Source: Eledone cirrhosa (Eukaryota). Taken from it: a stretch of DNA of 64,000 nt. Below are positions 21,701 through 36,700 of the stretch, one piece after another. Under the pieces are notes generated by a model, which worked only from the letters and a program-made list of their open reading frames with translations, was not told the origin of the DNA and did no database searches. The position numbers and the translations under genes are program-made. How positions within the stretch are numbered: position 1 is the first letter of the stretch; each line of letters begins with the position of its first letter. The DNA lies in contig OZ024748.1 of assembly GCA_964016885.1 (NCBI GenBank), forward strand, positions 35,216,001 through 35,280,000, given 5' to 3'.

Positions 21701-24700
21701 TCTTACATGTGGTAGGGAGTGACAGACTCTACACCCCAGTCTAGGTGGTATATCTTACATGTGGTAGGGTGTGACAAACTCTACACCCCAGTCTAGGTGG
21801 TATATCTCAGCTGTGGTAGGGAGTGGTACACTTTACACCATGTCTAGGTGGTATATCTCAGCTGTGGTAGGGAGTGACAGACTCTACACCCCAGTCAAAG
21901 TGGTTTACCTCAGCTGAGGTAGGGAGTGGTAGACTCTACACCCCAGTCTAGGTGGTATATCTCAGCTGTGGTAGACTCTACACCCCAGTCTAGGTGGTAT
22001 ATCTCAAGTGTGGTAGGGAGTGACAGACTCTACATCCCAGTCTAGATGGTATATCTCAGCTGTGGTAGTGAGTGACAGACTCTAGACCCCAGTCTAGGTG
22101 GTATATCTAAGCTGTGGTAGTGAGTGACGGACTCTACACCCCAGTCTATGTGGTATATCTCAACTGTGGTAGGGTGTGACAATTCTACACCCCAGTCTAG
22201 GTGGTATATCTCAACTGTGGTAGGGAGTGACAGACTCTACACCCCAGTCTAGGTGGTATATCTAAGCTGTGGTAGTGAGTGACAGACTCTAGACCCCAGT
22301 CTAGGTGGTATATCTAAGCTGTGGTAGTGAGTGACGGACTCTACACCCCAGTCTAGGTGGTATATCTCAGCTGTGGTAGGGAGTGACAGAATCTACACCC
22401 CAGTCTAGGTGGTATATCTCAGATGTGGTAGGGAGTGACAAACTCTACATCCCAGTCTAGGTGGTATACCTCAGCTGTGTGTGTCTGTGGGGGGGGGGGG
22501 TCGATTTTAAACACGAGTCTAGGTGGTATATGTCAGCTGTGGTAGTGAGTGACAGACTCTACACCCCAGTCTAGGTGGTATATCTCAGCTGTGGTAGGGA
22601 GTGACAGACTCTACATCCCAGTCTAGATGGTATATCTCAGCTGTGGTAGTGAATGACAGACTCTACACCCCAGTCTAGGTGGTATATCTCAACTGTGGTA
22701 GGGTGTGACAACTCTACACCCCAGTCTAGGTGGTATATCTCAGCCGTGGTAGGGAGTGACAGACTCTACACCCCAGTCTAGGTGGTATATCTAAGCTGTG
22801 TTAGTGAGTGACAGACTCTACACCCCAGTCTAGGTGGTATATCTCAGCTGTGGTAGTGAGTGACAGACTCTACACCCCAGTCTAGGTGGTATATCTCAGA
22901 TGTGGTAGAGAGTGACAAACTCTACATCCCAGTCTAGGTGGTATATCTCAGATGTGGGAGGGAGTGAAAGACTCTACACTCCAGTCTAGGTGGTATATCT
23001 CAGATGTGGGAGGGAGTGACAGACTCTACACCCCAGTCAAGGTGGTATACCTCAGCTGTGGTAAGGAGTGGTAGACTCTACACCCTAGTCTAGGTGGTAT
23101 ATCTCAGCTGTGGGAGGGAGTGATAGACTCTACACCCAGTCTAGATGGTATATATCAGCTGTGGTAGGGTGTGGTAGACCCTACACCCAAGTCTAGGTGG
23201 TATATCTTACATGTGGTAGGGAGTGACAGACTCTACACCCCAGTCTAGGTGGTATATCTCAGCTGTGGTAGGGTGTGGTAGACTCTACACCCTAGTCTAG
23301 GTGGTATATCTCAGATGTGGTAGGGAGTGACAGACTCTACATCCCAGTCTAGGTGATATATCTTACATGTGGTAGGGAGTGACAGACTCTACACCCCAGT
23401 CTAGGTGGTATATCTCAGCTGTGGTAGTGAGTAACAGACTCTACACCCCAGTCTAGGTGGTATATCTCAGCTGTGGTAGTGAGTAACAGACTCTACACCC
23501 CAGTCTAGGTGGTATATCTCAGCTGTGGTAGGGTGTGGTAGACTCTACACCCAGTCTAGATGGTATATCTCAGCTGTGGTAGGGTGTGGTAGACCCTACA
23601 CCCAAGTCTAGGTGGTATATATTACATGTGGTAGGGAGTGACAGACTCTACATCCCAGTCTAGATGGTATATCTCAGCTGTGGTAGGGAGTGACAGACTC
23701 TACACCCCAGTCTAGGTGGTATATCTCAGCTGTGGTAGGGAGTGACAGACTCTACACCCCAGTCTAGGTGGTATATCTTACATGTGGTAGGGAGTGACAG
23801 ACTCTACACCCCAGTCTAGGTGGTATATCTTACATGTGGTAGGGTGTGACAAACTCTACACCCCAGTCTAGGTGGTATATCTCAGCTGTGGTAGGGAGTG
23901 GTACACTTTACACCATGTCTAAGTGGTATATCTCAGCTGTGGTAGGGAGTGACAGACTCTACACCCCAGTCAAAGTGGTTTACCTCAGCTGTGGTAGGGA
24001 GTGACAGACTCTACACCCCAGTCTAGATGGTATATCTCAGCTGTGGTAGTGAGTGACAGACTCTACACCCCAGTCTAGGTGGTATATCTCAACTGTGGTA
24101 GGGTGTGACAATTCTACACCCCAGTCTAGGTGGTATATCTCAGCTGTGGTAGGGAGTGACAGACTCTACACCCCAGTCTAGGTGGTATATCTAAGCTGTG
24201 GTAGTGAGTGACAGACTCTACACCCCAGTCTAGGTGGTATATCTAAGCTGTGGTAGTGAGTGACGGACTCTACACCCCAGTCTAGGTGGTATATCTCAGC
24301 TGTGGTAGGGAGTGACAAACTCTACATCCCAGTCTAGGTGGTATATCTCAGCTGTGTGTGTGTGGGGGGGGGGGGGGTCGATTTTAAACACCAGTCTAGG
24401 TGGTATATCTCAGCTGTGGTAGTGAGTGACAGACTCTACACCCCAGTCTAGGTGGTATATCTCAGCTGTGGTAGGGAGTGACAGACTCTACATCCCAGTC
24501 TAGATGGTATATCTCAGCTGTGGTAGTGAGTGACAGACTCTACACCCCAGTCTAGGTGGTATATCTCAAATGTGGTAGGGTGTGACAACTCTACACCCCA
24601 GTCTAGGTGAATATCTCAGCCGTGGTAGGGAGTGACAGACTCTACACCCCAGTCTAGGTGGTATATCTAAGCTGTGGTAGTGAGTGACAGACTCTACACC

Positions 24701-27700
24701 CCAGTCTAGGTGGTATATCTCAGCTGTGGTAGTGAGTGATGAACTCTACACCCCAGTCTAGGTGGTATATCTAAGCTGTGGTAGTGAGTGACAGACTCTA
24801 CACCCCAGTCTAGGTGGTATATCTCAGATGTGGTAGAGAGTGACAAACTCTACATCCCAGTCTAGGTGGTATATCTCAGATGTGGGAGGGAGTGATAGAC
24901 TCTACACCCCAGTCTAGGTGGTATATCTCAGATGTGGGAGGGAGTGACAGACTCTACACCCCAGTCAAGGTGGTATACCTCAGCTGTGGTAAGGAGTGGT
25001 AGACTCTACACCCCAGTCTAGGTGGTATATCTCAGCTGTGGGAGGGAGTGATAGACTCTACACCCAGTCTAGATGGTATATCTCAGCTGTGGTAGGGTGT
25101 GGTAGACCCTACACCCAAGTCTAGGTGGTATATCTTACATGTGGTAGGGAGTGACGGACTCTACACCCCCGTCTAGGTGGTATATCTCAGCTGTGGTAGG
25201 GTGTGGTAGACTCTACACCCTAGTCTAGGTGGTATATCTCAGATGTGGTAGGGAGTGAGGTGATATATCTTACATGTGGTAGGGAGTGACAGACTCTACA
25301 CCCCAGTCTAGGTGGTATATCTCAGCTGTGGTAGTGAGTAACAGACTCTACAGCCCAGTCTAGGTGGTATATCTCAGCTGTGGTAGTGAGTAACAGACTC
25401 TACACCCCAGTCTAGGTGGTATATCTCAGCTGTGGTAGGGTGTGGTAGACTCTACACCCAGTCAAGATGGTATATCTCAGCTATGGTAGGGTATGGTAGA
25501 CTCTACACCCCTGTCTAGGTGGTATATCTAGCTGTGGTAGGGAGTGACAGACTCTACACCCCAGTCTAGGTGGTATATCTTACATGTGGTAGGGAGTGAC
25601 AGACTCTACACCCCAGTCTAGGTGGTATATCTTACATGTGGGAGGGTGTGACAAACTCTACACCCCAGTCTAGGTGGTATATCTCAGCTGTGGTAGGGAG
25701 TGGTACACTTTACACCATGTCTAAGTGGTTTACCTCAGCTGTGGTAGGGAGTGGTAGACTCTACACCCCAGTCTAGGTGGTATATCTCAGCTGTGGTAGA
25801 CTCTACACCCCAGTCTAGGTGGTATATCTCAAGTGTGGTAGGGAGTGACAGACTCTACATCCCAGTCTAGATGGTATATCTCAGCTGTGGTAGTGAGTGA
25901 CAGACTCTACACCCCAGTCTATGTGGTATATCTCAACTGTGGTAGGGTGTGACAATTCTACACCCCAGTCTAGGTGGTATATCTCAACTGTGGTAGGGAG
26001 TGACAGACTCTACACCCCAGTCTAGGTGGTATATCTAAGCTGTGGTAGTGAGTGACAGACTCTAGACCCCAGTCTAGGTGGTATATCTAAGCTGTGGTAG
26101 TGAGTGACGGACTCTACACCCCAGTCTAGGTGGTATATCTCAGCTGTGGTAGGGAGTGACAGACTCTACCCCCCAGTCTAGGTGGTATATCTCAGATGTG
26201 GTAGGGAGTGACAAACTCTACATCCCAGTCTAGGTGGTATACCTCAGCTGTGTGTGTCTGTGGGGGGGGGGGGTCGATTTTAAACACCAGTCTAGGTGGT
26301 ATATGTCAGCTGTGGTAGTGAGTGACAGACTCTACACCCCAGTCTAGGTGGTATATCTCAGCTGTGGTAGGGAGTGACAGACTCTACATCCCAGTCTAGA
26401 TGGTATATATCAGCTGTGGTAGTGAGTGACAGACTCTACACCCCAGTCTAGGTGGTATATCTCAACTGTGGTAGGGTGTGACAACTCTACACCCCAGTCT
26501 AGGTGGTATATCTCAGCCGTGGTAGGGAGTGACAGACTCTACACCCAAGTCTAGGTGGTATATCTAAGCTGTGTTAGTGAGTGACAGACTCTACACCCCA
26601 GTCTAGGTGGTATATCTCAGCTGTGGTAGTGAGTGACGAACTCTACACCCCAGTCTAGGTGGTATATCTAAGCTGTGGTAGTGAGTGACAGACTCTACAC
26701 CCCAGTCTAGGTGGTATATCTCAGATGTGGTAGAGAGTGACAAACTCTACATCCCAGTCTAGGTGGTATATCTCAGATGTGGGAGGGAGTGAAAGACTCT
26801 ACACTCCAGTCTAGGTGGTATATCTCAGATGTGGGAGGCTGTGACAGACTCTACACCCCAGTCAAGGTGGTATACCTCAGCTGTGGTAAGGAGTGGTAGA
26901 CTCTACACCCCAGTCTAGGTGGTATATCTCAGCTGTGGGAGGGAGTGATAGACTCTACACCCAGTCTAGATGGTATATCTCAGCTGTGGTAGGGTGTGGT
27001 AGACCCTACACCCTAGTCTAGGTGGTATATCTTACATGTGGTAGGGGATGACAGACTCTACACCCCAGTCTAGGTGGTATATCTCAGCTGTGGTAGGGTG
27101 TGGTAGACTCTACACCCTAGTCTAGGTGGTATATCTCAGATGTGGTAGGGAGTGACAGACTCTACATCCCAGTCTAGGTGATATATCTTACATGTGGTAG
27201 GGAGTGACAGACTCTACACCCCAGTCTAGGTGGTATATCTCAGCTGTGGTAGTGAGTAACAGATTCTACACCCCAGTCTAGGTGGTATATCTCAGCTGTG
27301 GTAGTGAGTATCAGACTCTACACCCCAGTCTAGGTGGTATATCTCAGCTGTGGTAGGGTGTGGTAGACTCTACACCCAGTCAAGATGGTATATCTCAGCT
27401 ATGGTAGGGTATGGTAGACTCTACACCCCTGTCTAGGTGGTATATCTCAGCTGTGGTAGGGAGTGACAGACTCTACACCCCAGTCTAGGCGGTATATCTT
27501 ACATGTGGTAGGGAGTGACAGACTCAACACCCCAGTCTAGGTGGTATATCTCAGATGTGGTAGGGAGTGACAGACTCTACATCCCAGTCTAGGTGATATA
27601 TATTACATGTGGTAGGGAGTGACAGACTCTACACCCCAGTCTAGGTGGTATATCTCAGCTGTGGTAGTGAGTAACAGACTCTACACCCCAGTCTAGGTGG

Positions 27701-30700
27701 TATATCTCAGCTGTGGTAGTGAGTAACAGACTCTACACCCCAGTCTAGGTGGTATATCTCAGCTGTGGTAGGGTGTGGTAGACTCTACACCCAGTCAAGA
27801 TGGTATATCTCAGCTATGGTAGGGTATGGTAGACTCTACACCCCTGTCTAGGTGGTATATCTCAGCTGTGGTAGGGAGTGACAGACTCTACAACCCAGTC
27901 TAGGTGGTATATCTTACATGTGGTAGGGAGTGACAGACTCTACACCCCAGTCTAGGTGGTATATCTTACATGTGGTAGGGAGTGACAGACTCTACACCCC
28001 AGTCTAGGTGGTTTATCTCTCAGCTGTGGGAGGGAGTCAAAGACTCTATTCCACAGCCTAGGTAGTATATCTCAGCTGGGAGTGACAGACTCTACACTCC
28101 AGTCTAGGTGGTATATCTCAGCTGTGGTAGGGAGTGAATGACTCTATTCCACAGTCTAGGTAGTATATCTCAGCTGTGAGGTACAGATTCTACACCCCAG
28201 TCTAGGTGGTATATCTCGGCTGTGGTAAGGAGTCTAGACTCTACACCACAGTCTAGGTGATAGGGAGTGACAGATTCTACACCCTAGTTTGGGTAGTATA
28301 TCTCAGCTGGGGTAGTTTGTGGTTGATTCAACACCCCAGAGTAGGTGGTATAACTCAGCTATGACGGACAGATTCTACACCTCAGTCTGTGTTGTTTACC
28401 TCAGCTATGACAGACACTACACCCCACACTAGGTGATATATCTCAGCTGTGTTATGGAGTGAAAGACTCTACACCCCAGAAGAGGTGATATACCTGAGCT
28501 GTGGTAGAGAGTGGTAGATTCTACACCCCAGTCTAGGTGGTAGATCTAAGATTTGGTAGTGAGTGACAGACTCTACACACCAGTCTCGGTGGTATATCTC
28601 AGGTGTGGTAGGGAGTGATAGACTCTACACCCAGTCTAGATGGTATATCTCAGCTGTGGTAGAGTGTGGTAGACTCTACACCCTAGTCTAGGTGGTAGAT
28701 CTCAGATGTGATAGGGAGTGACAGACTCTACACCCCAGTCTAGGTGGTATATCTTACATGTGGTAGGGTGTGACAAACTCTACACCCCAATCTAGGTGGT
28801 ATATATCAGCTGTGGTAGTGTGTGACAGACTCTACATCCCAGTCTAGGTGGTATATCTCAGCTGTGGTAGGGAGTGATAGACTCTACACCCAGTTTAGAT
28901 GGTATATCTCAGCTGTGGTAGGGAGTGACAGACTCTACACCCCAGTCTAGGTGGGATATATAAGCTGTGGTAGTGAGTGACAGACTCAACACCCCAGTCT
29001 AGCTGGTATATCTCAGATGTGGTAGGGAGTGACAAACTCTACATCCCAGTCAAAGTGGTATATCTCAGATGTGGGAGGGAGTGACAGAATCTACACCCCA
29101 GTCAAGGTGGTATATCTCAGCTGTGGTAGGGAGAGGTACACTTTACACCATGTCTAGGTGGTATATCTCAGCTGTGGTAGGGAGTGACAGACTCTACACC
29201 CAAGTCAAAGTGGTTTACCTCAGCTGTGGTAGGGAGTGGTAGACTCTACACCCCAGTCTAGGTGGTATATCTCAGCTGTGGTAGACTCTACACCCCAGTC
29301 TAGGTGGTATATCTCAGCTGTGGTAGGGAGTGACAGACTCTACATCCCAGTCTAGATGGTATATCTCAGCTGTGGTAGGGAGTGACAGACTCTACACCCC
29401 ACTCTAGGTGGTATATCTCAGCTGTGGTAGGGAGTGACAGACTCTACACCCCAGTCTAGGTGGTATATCTTACATGTGGTAGGGAGTGACAGACTCTACA
29501 CCCCAGTCTAGGTGGTATATCTTACATGTGGTAGGGTGTGACAAACTCTACACCCCAGTCTAGGTGGTATATCTCAGCTGTGGTAGGGAGTGGTACACTT
29601 TACACCATGTCTAGGTGGTATATCTCAGCTGTGGTAGGGAGTGACAGACTCTACACCCCAGTCAAAGTGGTTTACCTCAGCTGTGGTAGGGAGTGGTAGA
29701 CTCTACACCCCAGTCTAGGTGGTATATCTCAGCTGTGGTAGACTCTACACCCCAGTCTAGGTGGTATATCTCAAGTGTGGTAGGGAGTGACAGACTCTAC
29801 ATCCTAGTCTAGATGGTATATCTCAGCTGTGGTAGTGAGTGACAGACTCTACACCCCAGTCTAGGTGGTATATCTAAGCTGTGGTAGGGAGTGACAGACT
29901 CTACACCCCAGTCTAGGTGGTATATCTCAGATGTGGTAGGGAGTGACAAACTCTACATCCCAGTCTAGGTGGTATATCTCAGCTGTGTGTGTGGGGGGGG
30001 GGGTCGATTTTAAACACCAGTCTAGGTGGTATATCTCAGCTGTGGTAGTGAGTGACAGACTCTACACCCCAGTCTAGGTGGTATATCTCAGCTGTGGTAG
30101 GGAGTGACAGACTCTACATCCCAGTCTAGATGGTATATCTCAGCTGTGGTAGTGAGTGACAGACTCTACACCCCAGTCTAGGTGGTATATCTCAACTGTG
30201 GTAGGGTGTGACAACTCTACACCCCAGTCTAGGTGGTATATCTCAGCCGTTGTAGGGAGTGACAGACTCTACACCCCAGTCTAGGTGGTATATCTAAGCT
30301 GTGGTAGTGAGTGACAGACTCTACACCCCAGTCTAGGTGGTATATCTCAGCTGTGGTAGTGAGTGACGAACTCTACACCCCAGTCTAGGTGGTATATCTA
30401 AGCTGTGGTAGTGAGTGACAGACTCTACACCCCAGTCTAGGTGGTATATCTCAGATGTGGTAGAGAGTGACAAACTCTACATCCCAGTCTAGGTGGTATA
30501 TCTCAGATGTGGGAGGGAGTGATAGACTCTACACCCCAGTCTAGGTGGTATATCTCAGATGTGGGAGGGAGTGACAGACTCTACACCCCAGTCAAGGTGG
30601 TATACCTCAGCTGTGGTAAGGAGTGGTAGACTCTACACCCCAGTCTAGGTGGTATATCTCAGCTGTGGGAGGGAGTGATAGAGACTACACCCAGTCTAGA

Positions 30701-33700
30701 TGGTATATCTCAGCTGTGGTAGGGTGTGGTAGACCCTACACCCAAGTCTAGGTGGTATATCTTACATGTGGTAGGGAGTGACAGACTCTACACCCCAGTC
30801 TAGGTGGTATATCTCAGCTGTGGTAGGGTGTGGTAGACTCTACACCCTAGTCTAGGTGGTATATCTCAGATGTGGTAGGGAGTGAGGTGATATATCTTAC
30901 ATGTGGTAGGGAGTGACAGACTCTACACCCCAGTCTAGGTGGTATATCTCAGCTGTGGTAGTGAGTAACAGACTCTACACCCCAGTCTAGGTGGTATATC
31001 TCAGCTGTGGTAGGGAGTGATAGACTCTACACCCAGTTTAGATGGTATATCTCAGCTGTGGTAGGGAGTGACAGACTCTACACCCCAGTCTAGGTGGGAT
31101 ATATAAGCTGTGGTAGTGAGTGACAGACTCAACACCCCAGTCTAGCTGGTATGTCTCAGATGTGGTAGGGAGTGACAAACTCTACATCCCAGTCAAAGTG
31201 GTATATCTCAGATGTGGGAGGGAGTGACAGAATCTACACCCCAGTCAAGGTGGTATATCTCAGCTGTGGTAGGGAGAGGTACACTTTACACCATGTCTAG
31301 GTGGTATATCTCAGCTGTGGTAGGGAGTGACAGACTCTACACCCAAGTCAAAGTGGTTTACCTCAGCTGTGGTAGGGAGTGGTAGACTCTACACCCCAGT
31401 CTAGGTGGTATATCTCAGCTGTGGTAGACTCTACACCCCAGTCTAGGTGGTATATCTCAGCTGTGGTAGGGAGTGACAGACTCTACATCCCAGTCTAGAT
31501 GGTATATCTCAGCTGTGGTAGGGAGTGACAGACTCTACACCCCACTCTAGGTGGTATATCTCAGCTGTGGTAGGGAGTGACAGACTCTACACCCCAGTCT
31601 AGGTGGTATATCTTACATGTGGTAGGGAGTGACAGACTCTACACCCCAGTCTAGGTGGTATATCTTACATGTGGTAGGGTGTGACAAACTCTACACCCCA
31701 GTCTAGGTGGTATATCTCAGCTGTGGTAGGGAGTGGTACACTTTACACCATGTCTAGGTGGTATATCTCAGCTGTGGTAGGGAGTGACAGACTCTACACC
31801 CCAGTCAAAGTGGTTTACCTCAGCTGTGGTAGGGAGTGGTAGACTCTACACCCCAGTCTAGGTGGTATATCTCAGCTGTGGTAGACTCTACACCCCAGTC
31901 TAGGTGGTATATCTCAAGTGTGGTAGGGAGTGACAGACTCTACATCCTAGTCTAGATGGTATATCTCAGCTGTGGTAGTGAGTGACAGACTCTACACCCC
32001 AGTCTAGGTGGTATATCTCAGCTGTGGTAGGGAGTGACAGACTCTACACCCCAGTCTAGGTGGTATATCTCAGATGTGGTAGGGAGTGACAAACTCTACA
32101 TCCCAGTCTAGGTGGTATATCTCAGCTGTGTGTGTGGGGGGGGGTCGATTTTAAACACCAGTCTAGGTGGTATATCTCAGCTGTGGTAGTGAGTGACAGA
32201 CTCTACACCCCAGTCTAGGTGGTATATCTCAGCTGTGGTAGGGAGTGACAGACTCTACATCCCAGTCTAGATGGTATATCTCAGCTGTGGTAGTGAGTGA
32301 CAGACTCTACACCCCAGTCTAGGTGGTATATCTCAACTGTGGTAGGGTGTGACAACTCTACACCCCAGTCTAGGTGGTATATCTCAGCCGTTGTAGGGAG
32401 TGACAGACTCTACACCCCAGTCTAGGTGGTATATCTAAGCTGTGGTAGTGAGTGACAGACTCTACACCCCAGTCTAGGTGGTATATCTCAGCTGTGGTAG
32501 TGAGTGACGAACTCTACACCCCAGTCTAGGTGGTATATCTAAGCTGTGGTAGTGAGTGACAGACTCTACACCCCAGTCTAGGTGGTATATCTCAGATGTG
32601 GTAGAGAGTGACAAACTCTACATCCCAGTCTAGGTGGTATATCTCAGATGTGGGAGGGAGTGATAGACTCTACACCCCAGTCTAGGTGGTATATCTCAGA
32701 TGTGGGAGGGAGTGACAGACTCTACACCCCAGTCAAGGTGGTATACCTCAGCTGTGGTAAGGAGTGGTAGACTCTACACCCCAGTCTAGGTGGCATATCT
32801 CAGCTGTGGGAGGGAGTGATAGAGACTACACCCAGTCTAGATGGTATATCTCAGCTGTGGTAGGGTGTGGTAGACCCTACACCCAAGTCTAGGTGGTATA
32901 TCTTACATGTGGTAGGGAGTGACAGACTCTACACCCCAGTCTAGGTGGTATATCTCAGCTGTGGTAGGGTGTGGTAGACTCTACACCCTAGTCTAGGTGG
33001 TATATCTCAGATGTGGTAGGGAGTGAGGTGATATATCTTACATGTGGTAGGGAGTGACAGACTCTACACCCCAGTCTAGGTGGTATATCTCAGCTGTGGT
33101 AGTGAGTAACAGACTCTACACCCCAGTCTAGGTGGTATATCTCAGCTGTGGTAGTGAGTAACAGACTCTACACCCCAGTCTAGGTGGTATATCTCAGCTG
33201 TGGTAGGGTGTGGTAGATTCTACACCCAGTCAAGATGGTATATCTCAGCTATGGTAGGGTATGGTAGACTCTACACCCCTGTCTAGGTGGTATATCTCAG
33301 CTGTGGTAGGGAGTGACAGACTCTACACCACAGTCTAGGTGGTATATCTTACATGTGGTAGGGAGTGACAGACTCTACACCCCAGTCTAGGTGGTATATC
33401 TTACATGTGGTAGGAAGTGACAGACTCTACACCCCAGTCTAGGTGGTATATCTTACATGTGGTAGGGTGTGACAAACTCTACACCCCAGTCTAGGTGGTA
33501 TATCTAAGCTGTGGTAGGGAGTGGTACACTTTACACCATGTCTAGGTGGTATATCTCAGCTGTGGTAGGGAGTGACAGACTCTACACCCCAGTCAAAGTG
33601 GTTTACCTCAGATGTGGTAGGGAGTGGTAGACTCTACACCCCAGTCTAGGTGGTATATCTCAAGTGTGGTAGGGAGTGACAGACTCTACATCCCAGTCTA

Positions 33701-36700
33701 GATGGTATATCTCAGCTGTGGTAGTGAGTGACAGACTCTACACCCCAGTCTATGTGGTATATCTCAACTGTGGTAGGGTGTGACAATTCTACACCCCAGT
33801 CTAGGTGGTATATCTCAACTGTGGTAGGGAGTGACAGACTCTACACCCCAGTCTAGGTGGTATATCTAAGCTGTGGTAGTGAGTGACAGACTCTACACCC
33901 CAGTCTAGGTGGTATATCTAAGCTGTGGTAGTGAGTGACGGACTCTACACCCCAGTCTAGGTGGTATATCTCAGCTGTGGTAGGGAGTGACAGACTCTAC
34001 ACCCCAGTCTAGGTGGTATATCTCAGATGTGGTAGGGAGTGACAAACTCTACATCCCAGTCTACGTGGTATATCTCAGCTGTGTGTGTCTGTGGGGGGGG
34101 GGGGGTCGATTTTAAACACCAGTCTAGGTGGTATATGTTAGCTGTGGTAGTGAGTGACAGACTATACACCCCAGTCTAGGTGGTATATCTCAGCTGTGGT
34201 AGGGAGTGACAGACTCTACATCCCAGTCTAGATGGTATATCTCAGCTGTGGTAGTGAGTGACAGACTCTACACCCCAGTCTAGGTGGTATATCTCAACTG
34301 TGGTAGGGTGTGACAACTCTACACCCCAGTCTAGGTGGTATATCTCAGCCGTGGTAGGGAGTGACAGACTCTACACCCCAGTCTAGGTGGTATATCTAAG
34401 CTGTGTTAGTGAGTGACAGACTCTACACCCCAGTCTAGGTGGTATATCTCAGCTGTGGTAGTGAGTGACGAACTCTACACCCCAGTCTAGGTGGTATATC
34501 TCAGATGTGGTAGAGAGTGACAAACTCTACATCCAGTCTAGGTGGTATATCTCAGATGTGGGAGGGAGTGAAAGACTCTACACCCCAGTCTAGGTGGTAT
34601 ATCTCAGATGTGGGAGGGAGTGATAGACTCTACACCCAGTCTAGGTGGTATATCTCAGCTGTGGTAGAGTGTGGTAGACCCTAAACCCAAGTCTAGGTGG
34701 TATATCTTACATGTGGTAGGGAGTGACAGACTCTACACCCCAGTCTAGGTGGTATATCTCAGCTGTGGTAGGGTGTGGTAGACTCTACACCCTAGTCTAG
34801 GTGGTATATCTCAGATGTGGTAGGGAGTGACAGACTCTACATCCCAGTCTAGGTGATATATCTTACATGTGGTAGGGAGTGACAGACTCTACACCCCAGT
34901 CTAGGTGGTATATCTCAGCTGTGGTAGGGTGTGTTAGACTCTACACCCAGTCAAGATGGTATATCTCAGCTATGGTAGGGCATGGTAGACTCTACACCCC
35001 TGTCTAGGTGGTATATCTCAGCTGTGGTAGGGAGTGTCAGACTCTACACCCCAGTCTAGGTGGTATATCTTACATGTGGTAGGGAGTGACAGACTCTACA
35101 CCCCAGTCTAGGTGGTATATCTTACATGTGGTAGGGAGTGACAGACTGTACACCCCAGTCTAGGTGGTTTATCTCTCAGCTGTGGGAGGGATTCAAAGAC
35201 TCTATTCCACAGTCTAGGTAGTATATCTCAGCTGGGAGTGACAGACTCTACACTCCAGTCTAGGTGGTATATCTCAGCTGTGGTAGGGAGTGAAAGACTC
35301 TATTCCACAGTCTAGGTAGTACATCTCTGCTAAGGTACAGATTCTACACCCCAGTCTAGGTGGTATATCTCGGCTGTGGTAAGGAGTCTAGACTCTACAC
35401 CACAGTCTAGGTGATAGGGAGTGACATTCTACACCCTAGTTTGGGTAGTATATCTCAGCTGGGGTAGTTTGTGGTTGATTCAACACCCCAGAGTAGGTGG
35501 TATAACTCAGCTATGACGGACAGATTCTACACCTCAGTCTGTGTTGTTTACCTCAGCTATGACAGACACTACACCCCACACTAGGTGATATATCTCAGCT
35601 GTGTTATGGAGTGAAAGACTCTACACCCCAGTAGAGGTGATATACCTCAGCTGTGGTAGAGAGTGGTAGATTCTACACCCCAGTCTAGGTGGTAGATCTA
35701 AGATTTGGTAGTGAGTGACAGACTCTACACACCAGTCTCGGTGGTATATCTCAGCTGTGGTAGGGAGTGATAGACTCTACACCCAGTCTAGATGGTATAT
35801 CTCAGCTGTGGTAGAGTGTGGTAGACTCTACACCCTAGTCTAGGTGGTAGATCTCAGATGTGATAGGAAGTGACAGACTCTACACCCCAGTCTAGGTGGT
35901 ATATCTTACATGTGGTAGGTTGTGACAAACTCTACACCCCAATCTAGATGGTATATCTCAGCTGTGGTAGTGAGTGACAGACTCTACATCCCAGTCTAGG
36001 TGGTATATCTCAGCTGTGGTAGGGAGTGATAGACTCTACACCCAGTTTAGATGGTATATCTCAGCTGTGGTAGGGAGTGACAGACTCTACACCCCAGTCT
36101 AGTTGGGATATCTAAGCTGTGCTAGTGAGTGACAGACTCAACACCCCAGTCTAGCTGGTATATCTCAGATGTGGTAGGGAGTGACAAACTCTACATCCCA
36201 GTCAAAGTGGTATATCTCAGATGTGGGAGGGAGTGACAGAATCTACACCCCAGTCAAGGTGGTATATCTCAGCTGTGGTAGGGAGAGGTACACTTTACAC
36301 CATGTCTAGGTGGTATATCTCAGCTGTGGTAGGGAGTGACAGACTCTACACCCAAGTCAAAGTGGTTTACCTCAGCTGTGGTAGGGACTGGTAGACTCTA
36401 CACCCCAGTCTAGGTGGTATATCTCAGCTGTGGTAGACTCTACACCCCAGTCTAGGTGGTATATCTCAGCTGTGGTAGGGAGTGACAGACTCTACATCCC
36501 AGTCTAGATAGTATATCTCAGCTGTGGTAGGGAGTGACAGACTCTACACCCCAGTCTAGGTGGTATATCTCAGCTGTGGTAGGGAGTGACAGACTCTACA
36601 CCCCAGTCTAGGTGGTATATCTTACATGTGGTAGGGAGTGACAGACTCTACACCCCAGTCTAGGTGGTATATCTTACATGTGGTAGGGTGTGACAAACTC

